Source of the DNA: Bifidobacterium breve
GTDB taxonomy: Bacteria > Actinomycetota > Actinomycetes > S36-B12
Assembly (NCBI GenBank): GCA_945870085.1
Contig: CAMBQX010000002.1
Location: 1 to 37,824 of the forward strand
Length of the DNA stretch: 37,824 bases
Direction of reading: 5' to 3'
Each line of letters starts with the position of its first letter. Position 1 is the first letter of the stretch. The notes under the pieces were generated by a model. The model was not told the origin of the DNA. It was given only the letters and a program-made list of their open reading frames with translations, and ran no database searches. Below are positions 1-10,190 of the stretch, piece by piece. A program made the position numbers and the translations under genes.

Positions 1-798
1 TCAAGTTGACATTAGTTTTTTGCGGCGCCGGTGATTTACCAATTGACTACCGAGCACAATCAGCAGCGCAATCACAAAAACGAGTGTAGCCAAGGCATTA
101 ACCTGCACCGGTATTCCACGTTGAGCCGCTCCCCAAATGAAAATTGGGACGGTTACCAAGGTGCCAGCATTGAAATAGCTGATGATGAAGTCGTCGAATG
201 AAAGGGAAAAACCGAGTAAGGCGGCACCGGCGATGCCTGGCGCAACCAGCGGCAACGTTACGTATCTGAAAGTAGATTTCGGATCGGCATATAGATCTCG
301 TGCGGCTTCTTCAAGGCGTGGATCAAGGCCCTGCAGCCTGGCTTTCACGGTAACAACCACGAACGAGATGATGAACATAATGTGCGCGATAATCACCGTC
401 CATTGACCCAGCGGGAATCGGAGGTTCAAGAACAGTGCCAAGAGGCTCGAACCCATCACAACTTCGGGGGTGGCCATCGGCAGGAAAATGAGCAGGTTAG
501 TGGTGCTGCGGCCGCGAAAACGGTATCGCACCAATGCGAAGGCGATCATCGTCCCCAGCGCCGTAGCTACGACTGTTGAGATAATGCCAATTTGAATACT
601 AGTTGCGAATGATGAGCAAACCCCTGGGACCCCGCAGAGATTAGTCCAGGCATCGGTCGAGAATTGCGTCCAACTGATATTGAACTTACCCGATGGCTTA
701 TTGAAACTTAAGATCGCAACAACAGCGATAGGTATGAAGAGGTAAATCAGGACGAGAATCGCGACGATCCCCAAGAGATTTCGCCGAAGCCAGCGCAT
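1..798 (-). CDS. potC: ABC transporter permease, spermidine/putrescine PotC-like
   Basis: Complete 265-aa ORF. Multi-pass hydrophobic protein with a PotC-like N-terminus (IPIAVVAILSFN) and an EAA-loop-like EEAARDLYA. Its start shares 1 nt with the stop of the upstream permease gene. Confidence 0.85.
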   Translation of the reverse strand: MRWLRRNLLGIVAILVLIYLFIPIAVVAILSFNKPSGKFNISWTQFSTDAWTNLCGVPGVCSSFATSIQIGIISTVVATALGTMIAFALVRYRFRGRSTTNLLIFLPMATPEVVMGSSLLALFLNLRFPLGQWTVIIAHIMFIISFVVVTVKARLQGLDPRLEEAARDLYADPKSTFRYVTLPLVAPGIAGAALLGFSLSFDDFIISYFNAGTLVTVPIFIWGAAQRGIPVQVNALATLVFVIALLIVLGSQLVNHRRRKKLMST

Positions 799-1688
799 CA
801 GAGTAAATCCTCCGTCCCGGCACGGCGGATATACGTAAACACCATGACCAAAATCGCCGCCATCAGAACAAATGACAGGGCGCTGGCGGTCGGATAATCT
901 CGAAATTCAATGAAATTGGTCTGGATCACATTGCCGATCATTCGATCCTTGGTAGATCCAAGCAACTCAGCATTGATGTAGTCACCGGCTGCCGGAATGA
1001 AAGTTAGCAAGGTGCCCGCGACTACCCCCGGCAGCGACAGCGGCCACGTGATCTTACGAAAAGTCGCCACAGCTGACGAATACAAGTCGCTGGACGCCTC
1101 AATTAGACGCGGATCAATTTTCTCGAGTGCCGCATATAACGGCAAAATCATGAAAGGCAGGAAGTTATATGTCAGACCTGCGACCACGGCAATGCCGGTG
1201 TTCAGGATTCGATCATCTGGCAGTAAGTGAAGTGCATTAAAAAACGAGGTTATCGGGCCTTCGTCCGCCAAGATAGTGCGCCAGGCGTAGGTGCGAAGTA
1301 AGAATGATGCGAATGACGGAGCAATCACTAACACTAAAAGCAGCGGACGCCACTTACCGCCCTTCATCGCAATGAAGTACGCCAGAGGATAGGCGATAAC
1401 AAGGGCCAGCAGGGTCGCAATGCCAGCATAGATAAATGATCTGAGGAATTGCGGCCAGTACTCGGCCATGGCATTCGTATAGTTGCTTAGTTGAAAGCCG
1501 GCCTGATATTTTCCCATTTTGCCAGGAACCGGCTCCTGCAAACTGGTCATGAACAAGGTGACAAAAGGGATCGCAAAGAATATCGCCAGCCAGGTCATGC
1601 CCGGGAACAAGAGCAGGTAACCGGTACGGGAACGGCGTTTTGCTACCACCACCGGCTTACTCGGACCTGCTACCAGGATTGGTGACAC
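798..1688 (-). CDS. potB: ABC transporter permease, spermidine/putrescine PotB-like
   Basis: 296-aa ORF with a GTG start. Six-TM permease carrying the EAA-type loop IEASSDLYSS. Lies 2 nt after the ATPase stop, in one operon with the neighbouring genes. Confidence 0.85.
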   Translation of the reverse strand: MSPILVAGPSKPVVVAKRRSRTGYLLLFPGMTWLAIFFAIPFVTLFMTSLQEPVPGKMGKYQAGFQLSNYTNAMAEYWPQFLRSFIYAGIATLLALVIAYPLAYFIAMKGGKWRPLLLVLVIAPSFASFLLRTYAWRTILADEGPITSFFNALHLLPDDRILNTGIAVVAGLTYNFLPFMILPLYAALEKIDPRLIEASSDLYSSAVATFRKITWPLSLPGVVAGTLLTFIPAAGDYINAELLGSTKDRMIGNVIQTNFIEFRDYPTASALSFVLMAAILVMVFTYIRRAGTEDLL

Positions 1689-1690
1689 TG

Positions 1691-2800
1691 CTAACCGCCG
1701 AGGTTCTCAAGGCCGAATGTGTGTTCGGGAGCCCAATGAAGTAGCACTTCATCGCCAACCGAGCAGCGGTCGCCGACAATTACATTCTGTTCGAAAACAG
1801 TGAGCTCTTGATCCCAAGGGGTGCGCACCAGGTATTGGGTAGAGACACCCGCATATGAAACATCGGTTACTCGGCCGGAAATTTTGTTGTGCGACTCAGG
1901 CGCTCGATGACCGTCGGGGGCGTCGAGGACCGTCATCTTCTCCGGCCTGACGCCCACGATCATGCTGTCACTTGTTGCACTAGATCGCGCGGCCGGCACC
2001 ACATAAGTTTGCCCATAGGCAACCACCAAAATATCGTCACCGCTGCGCCCTTGAGCGGTACCGTTGATAAGATTCGACTGACCCAAAAAGTTTGCTACAA
2101 ATACAGTTTTAGGCAGCTCATAGATATCAGCCGGGTTACCCAACTGCTCTATCCGGCCAACATTCATGATCGCGACGGTGTCGGCCATGGTCATGGCCTC
2201 CTCTTGATCATGGGTAACGTGCACAAAGGTGGTGCCAACTTCACGTTGAATGCGCTTGAGCTCAATTTGCATTTGGCGGCGCAATTTGAGGTCGAGTGCG
2301 CCAAGCGGCTCATCAAGTAGCAGCACATCAGGCTCATTTATCAGCGCACGGGCCACCGCAACCCGTTGCTGCTGCCCACCGGACAACTGGGTGGGCTTTC
2401 GCCGCGCCATCGCGCTGAGTTCAACTAGCTCAAGCATCTGGTTCACCGGAGTCTTGACATCCTTGATGCCGCGACGGCGTAAACCGAATGCCACATTTTC
2501 AAAAATGTCCAAGTGCGGAAACAGTGCATACGATTGAAAAACTGTATTTACCGGGCGTTGAAAGGCCCGCAGGTTCGTGATGTCCTTTGAGCCAATATTG
2601 ATGGTGCCTGAAGTTGGATCTTCGAGCCCCGCGACCATCCGCAGGGTAGTCGTCTTGCCGCAACCAGATGCCCCGAGCAACGCGAAAAATGATCCGGCGG
2701 GGATAGTCAAAGTCAGATCATCTACCGCAGCGACATCGCCAAACTTTTTGGTGAGATTTAGCAGGTGGAGATCCTCAACCTGTTTAATCGCTCCGGCCAC
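1691..2800 (-). CDS. potA: ABC transporter ATP-binding protein, PotA-like polyamine importer ATPase
   Basis: 369 aa. Walker A GASGCGKTT, signature LSGGQQQRV, Walker B LLLDEPLGALD, H-loop VTHDQ, and a C-terminal TOBE-like regulatory domain. GTG start 3 nt after the binding-protein stop. Confidence 0.9.
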   Translation of the reverse strand: MAGAIKQVEDLHLLNLTKKFGDVAAVDDLTLTIPAGSFFALLGASGCGKTTTLRMVAGLEDPTSGTINIGSKDITNLRAFQRPVNTVFQSYALFPHLDIFENVAFGLRRRGIKDVKTPVNQMLELVELSAMARRKPTQLSGGQQQRVAVARALINEPDVLLLDEPLGALDLKLRRQMQIELKRIQREVGTTFVHVTHDQEEAMTMADTVAIMNVGRIEQLGNPADIYELPKTVFVANFLGQSNLINGTAQGRSGDDILVVAYGQTYVVPAARSSATSDSMIVGVRPEKMTVLDAPDGHRAPESHNKISGRVTDVSYAGVSTQYLVRTPWDQELTVFEQNVIVGDRCSVGDEVLLHWAPEHTFGLENLGG

Positions 2801-2803
2801 GCG

Positions 2804-4027
2804 CTAGTTACCGATCGCTGTCTGGAACTCGCGCTCGTATTTATCACCCTGTTCGGGAGTCAGTGCTTTGAACACATAGGTGCGGTCAAGAGTTGCCGCT
2901 GACGGGAAAATGAATTCACTTGCCGCCAAGGCCGGGTCGATCTTTTCCATTTCAGCTTTGGCCCCTTCGACCGGACAGATGTAGTTCACGTAAGCCGCGA
3001 CTTCAGCTGCCACCTTTGGATCGTAGTAGTAGTTCATGATCATCTCGGCGTTCTTCTTATGCGCCGCGAGGGCCGGAATCAGCATATTGTCGGTCCAGAG
3101 CATGCCGCCCGACTCGGGGATCTCGAAACCGAAATCCTCGCCAAGTGCAAATAAGTCACCGGACCACCCAATCACCGCGATTACGTCACCTGATTCAAGT
3201 GAGGCGATGTAGTCATTACCCGTTACTTGACGGATCTGGCCACTATCGACCTGCTTGGTTAGCTCTTCAATTGCTTGGCTGAACTGATCGTCGGTGAAAT
3301 CGGACGGGTTATTCCCCTGCCAAGCCATGATGCAACCCATGGTGTCACGCATCTCGGACAGCACCGTGATCCGCCCCTTGAGCTTGGGGTCAAAGAGCTG
3401 GTCCAACGTGGTCATCTTGTCGCTCCCGAGCGTGTCCTTCAACGCCGACTTGTTGTAACCGAGGCCGCCGAAACCTGACTGCCAAGGCAGTGAGTAATCA
3501 CGTGACTTATCGAATGCCACATCCGCCAAGCGCGGTATCAGATTCTTACCGTTGGGAATAATTGCCTTATCAAGTTTTTGCGCAAAGCCATTTTCAATCC
3601 ACAGAGCTGCCATCCAGTCGGTTAGAACGACGAGATCACGTCCGATGTCTTGTCCTTGTTCAAGCTGCGTGCGCACTTTGGCGTAGAACTCATTGTTGTC
3701 ATTGACATCTTCGGTGTAAGTGACCGCAATCCCATTCGCGTCTTGAAAAGCCTTAAGGGTTGGATACTCGCCGGTCTCGTCGTTAATATCCAAGTAAAGG
3801 GGCCAATTCGACCAGTTAGCCGTCTTGTCGGTATCTGAAAGATCAGCAGCGGTTGCCGCCGACGGCGCGCCAGTTGCGGTACCCGCATCACTGCCCGAAG
3901 CCCCGCATGCGGTCGCAGCAATTGCCACCCCGCCGATACCCGCCGCCTGGAGTAACCGTCTACGGGACAGCGCACTCTTGGCCAGCCCAGCTATTTCGAC
4001 AGCTGCCTCTGAAACTTGATACGACAT
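2804..4027 (-). CDS. potD: Polyamine (PotD/PotF-like) ABC substrate-binding lipoprotein
   Basis: 407 aa. Twin-arginine signal (SRRRLLQAAG) followed by the lipobox ATAC. Type-2 periplasmic binding-protein length and composition. First gene of the pot operon. Confidence 0.75.
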   Translation of the reverse strand: MSYQVSEAAVEIAGLAKSALSRRRLLQAAGIGGVAIAATACGASGSDAGTATGAPSAATAADLSDTDKTANWSNWPLYLDINDETGEYPTLKAFQDANGIAVTYTEDVNDNNEFYAKVRTQLEQGQDIGRDLVVLTDWMAALWIENGFAQKLDKAIIPNGKNLIPRLADVAFDKSRDYSLPWQSGFGGLGYNKSALKDTLGSDKMTTLDQLFDPKLKGRITVLSEMRDTMGCIMAWQGNNPSDFTDDQFSQAIEELTKQVDSGQIRQVTGNDYIASLESGDVIAVIGWSGDLFALGEDFGFEIPESGGMLWTDNMLIPALAAHKKNAEMIMNYYYDPKVAAEVAAYVNYICPVEGAKAEMEKIDPALAASEFIFPSAATLDRTYVFKALTPEQGDKYEREFQTAIGN

Positions 4028-4052
4028 TTGGTTCCTCTCAGTTTGCGAATAA

Positions 4053-5555
4053 CTAACGGGTGGTCGTAAAAATCGTCCGGTGCCACGATTTGCGCGCTAC
4101 GCCGGTGATATCCATCGAAACATGTTTTACCTGGGTGTACTCGTCAAATGAATAAGTCGACATATCCTTGCCGAAACCGGACTGTTTGAAGCCCCCATGT
4201 GGCATTTCGCTCACAATTGGTATGTGATCGTTAATCCAGACGCATCCGGCCTTGATTTCTCGGGAGGCTCGCATGGCCCGCAGCAAGCTGGTTGTCCAGG
4301 CCGAGGCCGCCAAACCGAACGGGGTGTCATTGGCCAAGGCCAGACCCTCATCATCAGAATCAAAGGGAAGCACCACCAAAACTGGTCCAAAAATCTCATC
4401 CTGCACGATCTCTGAGCGCTGAGCAGCCCCCGTAACCAAAGTTGGTAGGTAATACGAACCTGCCGCTAACTCACCCTGCGGTGCGGCGCCCCCGGTCACC
4501 ACAGTGGCACCTGCAGCTCGTGCCCGATCCACAAACCCGGCAACACTTAACTGTTGACGCCTTGACACTAGCGGCCCCATGTCGGTCGCGGGATCGGCCG
4601 GGTCGCCCAAAACCACTCCGGAAAAGAAATCTGCAACCCCAGCGACAAAAGCATCAAAGAGTGGGCGCTGCACATAAGCGCGGGTCGCGGCTGTGCAATC
4701 CTGCCCAGCGTTGATTAAGGAGCCCGCAACCGCCCCATGGATAGCCGCTTCCAGATCGGCGTCATCAAAAACCACAAAGGGCGCTTTGCCGCCAAGTTCT
4801 AGGTGCACTCGCTTTACGGTTGCGGTTGCCAACTCCATTACCCGCTGCCCAATTGGTGTGGAGCCGGTGAACGAAACCATGGAAACTCCCGGGTGGCTGA
4901 CCAGCGCCTCACCCGCGACCGCCCCTGAGCCCACCACCACGTTTACCACCCCGACCGGGATATCAACCGCCAGTGCATCCTCTGCAAGCATTAGGGAAGT
5001 CAAAGGCGTGATCGCGGCTGGCTTCAAAACAATTGTGTTTCCTGCCGCAATAGCTGGCAGGATCTTCCACATTGCCATCTGCAGCGGGTAGTTCCAGGGG
5101 GCAATGGAGCCAACAACACCAACAGCTTCACGTCGAATATATGACGTGTGCACGCCATCCCACTCCGCCGCCGCCTTGCCTTCTAGATTTCGTGCCGCGC
5201 CCGCGAAGAATGCCACATTGTCGATTGACCCCGGCACATCAAATTCCCGGGTCAGGCGAATTGGCTTACCACTTTGCGCACTTTCAACCTGCGCGTATTC
5301 CTCGGCTCTAGATTCCAACCGAGCCGCCAGTCGCAGCAGCGCCGAGCTTCGAACCGATGGCGGCGCGGTCGACCAATCCGGGAAAGCTGCAGTAGCTGCC
5401 TGCACTGAGTAATCAACATCGGCCGCACCGGCAAATTCCATGGTGGCAACCACCGAGTTATCGGCCGGGTTAGTGACCGTGCCCAGCTCACCAGAGGTGC
5501 CGGGGCGAGGCTCCCCACCGGCCACTACCGCATTGACCTGGTTAGAACTTGCCAC
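4053..5555 (-). CDS. NAD(P)-dependent aldehyde dehydrogenase (aminobutyraldehyde-dehydrogenase-like)
   Basis: 500 aa with a GTG start. ALDH hallmarks present: PWNYP, ELGGKAP, catalytic-Cys region GQDCTAATR, and EIFGPV. Confidence 0.85.
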   Translation of the reverse strand: MASSNQVNAVVAGGEPRPGTSGELGTVTNPADNSVVATMEFAGAADVDYSVQAATAAFPDWSTAPPSVRSSALLRLAARLESRAEEYAQVESAQSGKPIRLTREFDVPGSIDNVAFFAGAARNLEGKAAAEWDGVHTSYIRREAVGVVGSIAPWNYPLQMAMWKILPAIAAGNTIVLKPAAITPLTSLMLAEDALAVDIPVGVVNVVVGSGAVAGEALVSHPGVSMVSFTGSTPIGQRVMELATATVKRVHLELGGKAPFVVFDDADLEAAIHGAVAGSLINAGQDCTAATRAYVQRPLFDAFVAGVADFFSGVVLGDPADPATDMGPLVSRRQQLSVAGFVDRARAAGATVVTGGAAPQGELAAGSYYLPTLVTGAAQRSEIVQDEIFGPVLVVLPFDSDDEGLALANDTPFGLAASAWTTSLLRAMRASREIKAGCVWINDHIPIVSEMPHGGFKQSGFGKDMSTYSFDEYTQVKHVSMDITGVARKSWHRTIFTTTR

Positions 5556-5556
5556 T

Positions 5557-6230
5557 ATCTAACCCCCCGAAGTGTTGGCCCGGCTTTGACTGCGGCTGCT
5601 GAAGCAGTTAGTGCATACTGCCACTGCTCAGCGTCATCTTCCTGCAGCAACGCGGTTTTAACACCCACATGATGCACCTCGGTCGCAATCATCTCAATTG
5701 AAGACCCCTAAGTAGCCCGAGCTCGAGTTAGTGCACTCCAATAAATCGCACATGAGGATTAGGTTAGAGCCGTGCACAGTTCGTCGTGCGTAGTCCCTTC
5801 AGCATCCATCCCAACCGCGATGATCTCGGCTCCGCACCAGTAGGTCGAAAAGCGGCGGAAACCCCGGATTTCTCATAATTACTCGGTCCTGGGTCGGACC
5901 ACTTGTTCAATCACCCGCGATATCGCATCCAATTCGCCTTTAAACGTAGCCACCCGTTGTTGGTCAAATGGCAAGGTCTGACACAGTCGTCCCGAATCTG
6001 GGGTACCTGCAGAAAGATCCAAGCCCTAGGTGCCCCTAGCTTGGATGGCCCCAACCAAACCCAGTACCACGCTTTACTTACCGTGGCCAATATTCCCGCT
6101 CAAATCATTCGGTGTACCGCCGCCGCAATGCCCTTGGGTGAAGAATCAGTGATGGCTTCATCCCATGTGGCCAAATGGTCGACCAGGGCGGATACCTCAG
6201 CTATTTGCGCCGCTTAGCTCCCCTCCATAA
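5557..6230 (-). pseudogene. Probable decayed gene remnant of unknown family, immediately upstream of the aldehyde dehydrogenase
   Basis: On the minus strand, protein-like stretches occur in different frames. Examples: AAQIAEVSALVDHLATWDEAITDSSPKGIAAAVHRMI; GLDLSAGTPDSGRLCQTLPFDQQRVATFKGELDAISRVIEQVVRPRTE, preceded by an in-frame TAG; AEIIAVGMDAEGTTHDELCTALT; EMIATEVHHVGVKTALLQEDDAEQWQYALTASAAAVKAGPTLRGVR. The last stretch ends in a TAG that shares 1 nt with the ALDH GTG start, a typical coupled-gene junction. No intact ORF remains. Confidence 0.35.
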
Positions 6231-6365
6231 ACTAATGTCGGGGATTGCAACAAATATGCGATGCGCCTTTACAACACACTTTATCACGGTGATGAGATTA
6301 AATAACAAACAAGTTTTAATTTGGAAGGTCCTCGGACAGCATTTGGCCCATTAAGGAGGAACCGC

Positions 6366-7202
6366 ATGAGCGTTGTACGTGCCGCCCTCGTCCAAACCAA
6401 TTGGACCGGCGACAAAGAATCCATGATCGCAGCACATGAGGATTACGCCCGAAAGGCCGCGGCTCAAGGGGCCCAGGTGATTTGCTTCCAAGAGTTGTTC
6501 TACGGCCCGTATTTTTGCCAGGTCCAAGATGCCAAGTTCTACGAATACGCCGAGGCCATCCCCGGCCCGACCACCGAGCGATTTCAGAAACTGGCCAAAG
6601 AACTGAACATGGTCATGGTGCTGCCAATGTATGAAGAAGAGCAGCCAGGTGTTCTCTACAATACCGCGGCTGTTGTTGATGCAGATGGCACTTATCTTGG
6701 TAAGTACCGCAAGCATCACATCCCACATGTCAGTGGCTTTTGGGAGAAGTTCTACTTCCGCCCAGGTAATGGTGGCTATCCGGTTTTCGACACGGCGGTT
6801 GGCAAGATCGGCGTTTACATCTGCTACGACCGACATTTTCCCGAAGGCTGGCGTGCACTCGGCCTCAATGGTGCTCAGATCGTCTTTAATCCCTCGGCAA
6901 CTTCGCGCGGTCTTTCGCAGTACCTGTGGAGTATTGAGCAGCCTGGGGCTGCGGTGGCGAACGAGTACTACGTAGGTGCGATAAATCGAGTGGGCATCGA
7001 GGACCTTGGCGATGATGATTTCTACGGCCAGTCCTACTTCATCGACCCAGAAGGCCAGTACGTCGGCGAGAAAGGCGACCCGTATCAACCCGAGTTGATC
7101 GTGCGCGACCTAGACCTTGATCTAATTGCGACAGTGCGTAACCGTTGGGCCTTTTACCGCGACCGTCGCCCAGAAACATACGACGATCTAGTCCGCAGAT
7201 AA
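6366..7202 (+). CDS. Beta-ureidopropionase-type carbon-nitrogen hydrolase (N-carbamoyl-beta-alanine amidohydrolase)
   Basis: ATG at 6366 preceded by AAGGAGG; the track ORF extends further upstream from 6321. Nitrilase-superfamily E/K/C triad contexts CFQELF, YRKHHIP and VYICYDRHFPE. Sits next to dihydropyrimidinase. Confidence 0.8.
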   Translation: MSVVRAALVQTNWTGDKESMIAAHEDYARKAAAQGAQVICFQELFYGPYFCQVQDAKFYEYAEAIPGPTTERFQKLAKELNMVMVLPMYEEEQPGVLYNTAAVVDADGTYLGKYRKHHIPHVSGFWEKFYFRPGNGGYPVFDTAVGKIGVYICYDRHFPEGWRALGLNGAQIVFNPSATSRGLSQYLWSIEQPGAAVANEYYVGAINRVGIEDLGDDDFYGQSYFIDPEGQYVGEKGDPYQPELIVRDLDLDLIATVRNRWAFYRDRRPETYDDLVRR

Positions 7203-7221
7203 GGGCACGACAGGAGACCCC

Positions 7222-8640
7222 ATGACCATCTTGATCAAGAACGGCAGTGTTGTTTCGCCCGTTGGCATCATCAATGCTGATGTGTTGATCGATGGCGAGC
7301 GCATCGTGGCAGTTCTGGCCCCGGGCGACAACAGCCTTGGAGCGGGTCTTGTGGGCAGCGTTGACCACGTGATCGATGCCGCCGGGAAGTATGTAATTCC
7401 CGGCGGTGTCGATTGCCACACTCACATGGAGATGCCGTTCGGCGGCACTGCGGCCTCGGATACCTTCGAGACTGGCACCCGTGCGGCAGCATGGGGTGGC
7501 ACCACGACCATTATCGATTTCTCGGTGCAGACCTACGGTTCACGTGTGCAGGATTCACTGCAGGCTTGGTTCGAAAAAGCAGCTGGAAATTGCCATATCG
7601 ACTACGGGTTCCATCAGATCATCGGCGGAGTAGATGATGACTCACTTAAAGCGATGGATGAATTAGTCGACGAAGGCATCACTAGCTTCAAGCTATTCAT
7701 GGCCTATCCGGGTGTTTTCCTGAGTGACGACGGCCAAATCGTGCGGGCCATGCAAACCGCTGCAAACAACGGCTCCATGATCATGATGCATGCCGAGAAT
7801 GGCACTGCAATAGACGTTTTAGTGAGCCAGGCACTCGCCGCAGGCAAAACCGACCCGATGTATCACTCCTTAAGTCGCCCTTGGCAAACCGAATCCGAAG
7901 CCACCAACCGGGCCGTCATGCTCGCGCATATGACCGGGGCTCCGCTATATGTGGTGCACATGTCTGCCAAGCAGGCTGTCGAGGTAGTGCAGCGGGCGCG
8001 CGATGGCGGCCAAAATGTCTTCGGTGAAACCTGCCCCCAGTATCTTTATCTCTCCCTTGAAGATCAATTGATGCAGCCTGGCTTCGAAGGTGCCAAGTGG
8101 GTTTGCTCCACGCCACTTCGCTCAAAAGCCGAAGGTCACCAAGAGGAACTTTGGCGCTACCTGCGCACCAACGACCTCTCCGTGGTGAGCACCGACCATT
8201 GCCCATTTTGCTTCAAGGAGCAAAAGGAACTCGGCGTAGGTAATTTCTCCAAAATACCCAACGGCATCGGCTCGGTCGAGCATCGCATGGATCTCATCTA
8301 TCAAGGTGTTGTGGATGGCCAGATCTCCGTCGAGCGCTGGGTGGAGCTGTGCTCAACTACCCCCGCTCGCATGTTCGGCCTTTACCCGCGCAAGGGCGCC
8401 ATAGCTCCTGGCTCAGATGCCGACATTGTCATCTACGATCCGGTTGGTCGAACCGAAATTGGATTCCACAAAACCCACCACATGAACATGGACCACTCGG
8501 CTTGGGAGGGTTTCGTGATCGACGGCCACGTAGACACCGTGCTCTCCCGCGGCAAAGTAGTAGTTGAGAATAATGAGTACAAAGGCATTAAAGGCCACGG
8601 CCAATATCTAAAGCGCGGCCTATCCCAGTACCTGATCTGA
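7222..8640 (+). CDS. hydA: Dihydropyrimidinase / D-hydantoinase
   Basis: 472 aa. Cyclic amidohydrolase motifs GGVDCHTHMEMPFGG, the carboxylated-Lys context SFKLFMAY, MMHAENG, and STDHCPF. Confidence 0.9.
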   Translation: MTILIKNGSVVSPVGIINADVLIDGERIVAVLAPGDNSLGAGLVGSVDHVIDAAGKYVIPGGVDCHTHMEMPFGGTAASDTFETGTRAAAWGGTTTIIDFSVQTYGSRVQDSLQAWFEKAAGNCHIDYGFHQIIGGVDDDSLKAMDELVDEGITSFKLFMAYPGVFLSDDGQIVRAMQTAANNGSMIMMHAENGTAIDVLVSQALAAGKTDPMYHSLSRPWQTESEATNRAVMLAHMTGAPLYVVHMSAKQAVEVVQRARDGGQNVFGETCPQYLYLSLEDQLMQPGFEGAKWVCSTPLRSKAEGHQEELWRYLRTNDLSVVSTDHCPFCFKEQKELGVGNFSKIPNGIGSVEHRMDLIYQGVVDGQISVERWVELCSTTPARMFGLYPRKGAIAPGSDADIVIYDPVGRTEIGFHKTHHMNMDHSAWEGFVIDGHVDTVLSRGKVVVENNEYKGIKGHGQYLKRGLSQYLI

Positions 8641-8688
8641 GCTCGAAATCACGCAAGACCAAAATCAATAAAGAAGCGGAGATTTACT

Positions 8689-10176
8689 GTGCGTGTCATT
8701 GACCACTGGATCAACGGAGCTCTGGTTCCATCAACTTCTGGGCGCACCAGCCCGGTCTACAACCCAGCCACCGGTAAGCAGCAGGCCAGTGTCGGTTTAG
8801 CGTCGGTTGCCGAGGTTGATGCCGCGGTCGCCGCGGCCAAGGAAGCGTTCAAGTCATGGCGGCTAGCGTCTCTGTCGAAGCGCTCAGAGATCATGTTCGC
8901 TTTCCGTGAGCTGGCCAACGCCAACCGGCCCAAGATTATTGAATTGATCTCAATCGAGCACGGCAAAGTCCCGAGTGATGCTGCCGGTGAGCTAGCACGA
9001 GGCATGGAGAATATTGAGTTCGCCTGTGGCATCCCCGCGCTACTCAAAGGTGGTTTCAGTGAACAGGTTTCCGGTGGTGTCGACGTCTACTCGATAAAGC
9101 AGCCCCTTGGGGTCGTTGCCGGTATCACCCCCTTTAACTTCCCGGCGATGGTACCGATGTGGATGTTTGCCAACGCAATCGCGACCGGCAACTGCTTCAT
9201 CCTAAAACCGAGCGAGAAGGATCCGTCCGTATCTCTGTACCTAGCCGAGTTACTTTCTCAGGCCGGGCTCCCACCAGGTGTATTTACAGTTCTTCAAGGT
9301 GACAAAGTTGCAGTTGACGCCATCTTGGAGCACCCAGATATCGCGGCCGTAAGCTTCGTCGGGTCCACCCCCATCGCGAAATACATATACACCACCGGCA
9401 CCGCAAACGGTAAGCGTGTTCAAGCACTTGGCGGGGCCAAGAACCACATGATCGTGCTTCCCGATGCCGACATCAATATGGCCGCAGATGCAGCGGTAAG
9501 CGCAGCTTATGGTTCAGCCGGTGAGCGCTGCATGGCCGTTTCGGTTGTTGTCGCCGTCGGGAACATCGGTGATGAAATCGTCGACGCCATTGCGGTTAGG
9601 CTGCCGAAACTGAGGGTTGGGCCAGGCACCGACCCCGATGCCGAGATGGGGCCACTGATCACCGGCGAGCACCGCGACAAGGTCGCTTCATATCTCGCCG
9701 GTGCAGCAGGCGAGGGCGCGACCATGGTCGTGGATGGCCGCGACGATGACTTGCCAACTGAAGGCTTTTTCCTCGGTGTTTCGCTTGTCGACAATGTCAA
9801 GCCGGGCATGAAGGTATATGACGATGAAATTTTTGGCCCTGTCTTGGTGGTGACCCGCGTTGATACCTACGAAGAAGCCGTAGCGCTCATCAATGCGCAC
9901 CAGTATGGCAACGGAACGGCGATCTTTACCCGCGATGGAGGTGCCGCCCGGCAATTCCAGTTCGATATCAATGTGGGCATGGTCGGTATCAATGTGCCGA
10001 TTCCGGTGCCGGTGGCTTACTACAGCTTCGGTGGCTGGAAAGCCTCGCTCTTTGGCGACAGCAATATGTATGGGCCTGCGGGTATTGAGTTCTACACCCG
10101 CACCAAGACAGTCACCTCGAGGTGGCCAGACCCGGCCACTTCGTCAGTTGACCTCGGCTTTCCACGTACGCGATAA
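8689..10176 (+). CDS. mmsA: CoA-acylating methylmalonate/malonate-semialdehyde dehydrogenase
   Basis: 495 aa with a GTG start after GAAGCGGAG. ALDH fold with the MmsA-typical C-terminus NVGMVGINVPIPVPVAYYSFGGWKASLFGD and the catalytic-Cys region GERCMA. Confidence 0.9.
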   Translation: MRVIDHWINGALVPSTSGRTSPVYNPATGKQQASVGLASVAEVDAAVAAAKEAFKSWRLASLSKRSEIMFAFRELANANRPKIIELISIEHGKVPSDAAGELARGMENIEFACGIPALLKGGFSEQVSGGVDVYSIKQPLGVVAGITPFNFPAMVPMWMFANAIATGNCFILKPSEKDPSVSLYLAELLSQAGLPPGVFTVLQGDKVAVDAILEHPDIAAVSFVGSTPIAKYIYTTGTANGKRVQALGGAKNHMIVLPDADINMAADAAVSAAYGSAGERCMAVSVVVAVGNIGDEIVDAIAVRLPKLRVGPGTDPDAEMGPLITGEHRDKVASYLAGAAGEGATMVVDGRDDDLPTEGFFLGVSLVDNVKPGMKVYDDEIFGPVLVVTRVDTYEEAVALINAHQYGNGTAIFTRDGGAARQFQFDINVGMVGINVPIPVPVAYYSFGGWKASLFGDSNMYGPAGIEFYTRTKTVTSRWPDPATSSVDLGFPRTR

Positions 10177-10190
10177 CGAAAGGGACTCCC

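Noticed and set aside
5903-6217. 104-aa plus-strand ORF in the large intergenic gap
   Set aside because: It has no SD and a non-protein-like composition. It lies antisense to the more protein-like minus-strand remnants, so it is probably a chance ORF.
6351-7088. Long antisense ORFs inside well-supported genes (this 245-aa ORF, and also 26983-27630, 35702-36373, 9893-10345, 12585-12911, 13201-13635 and others)
   Set aside because: They lie opposite or out of frame to genes with clear family motifs. Their composition is Arg/Pro/Ser/Ala-rich and low-complexity, typical of shadow ORFs in G+C-rich DNA, and they have no SD sequences.
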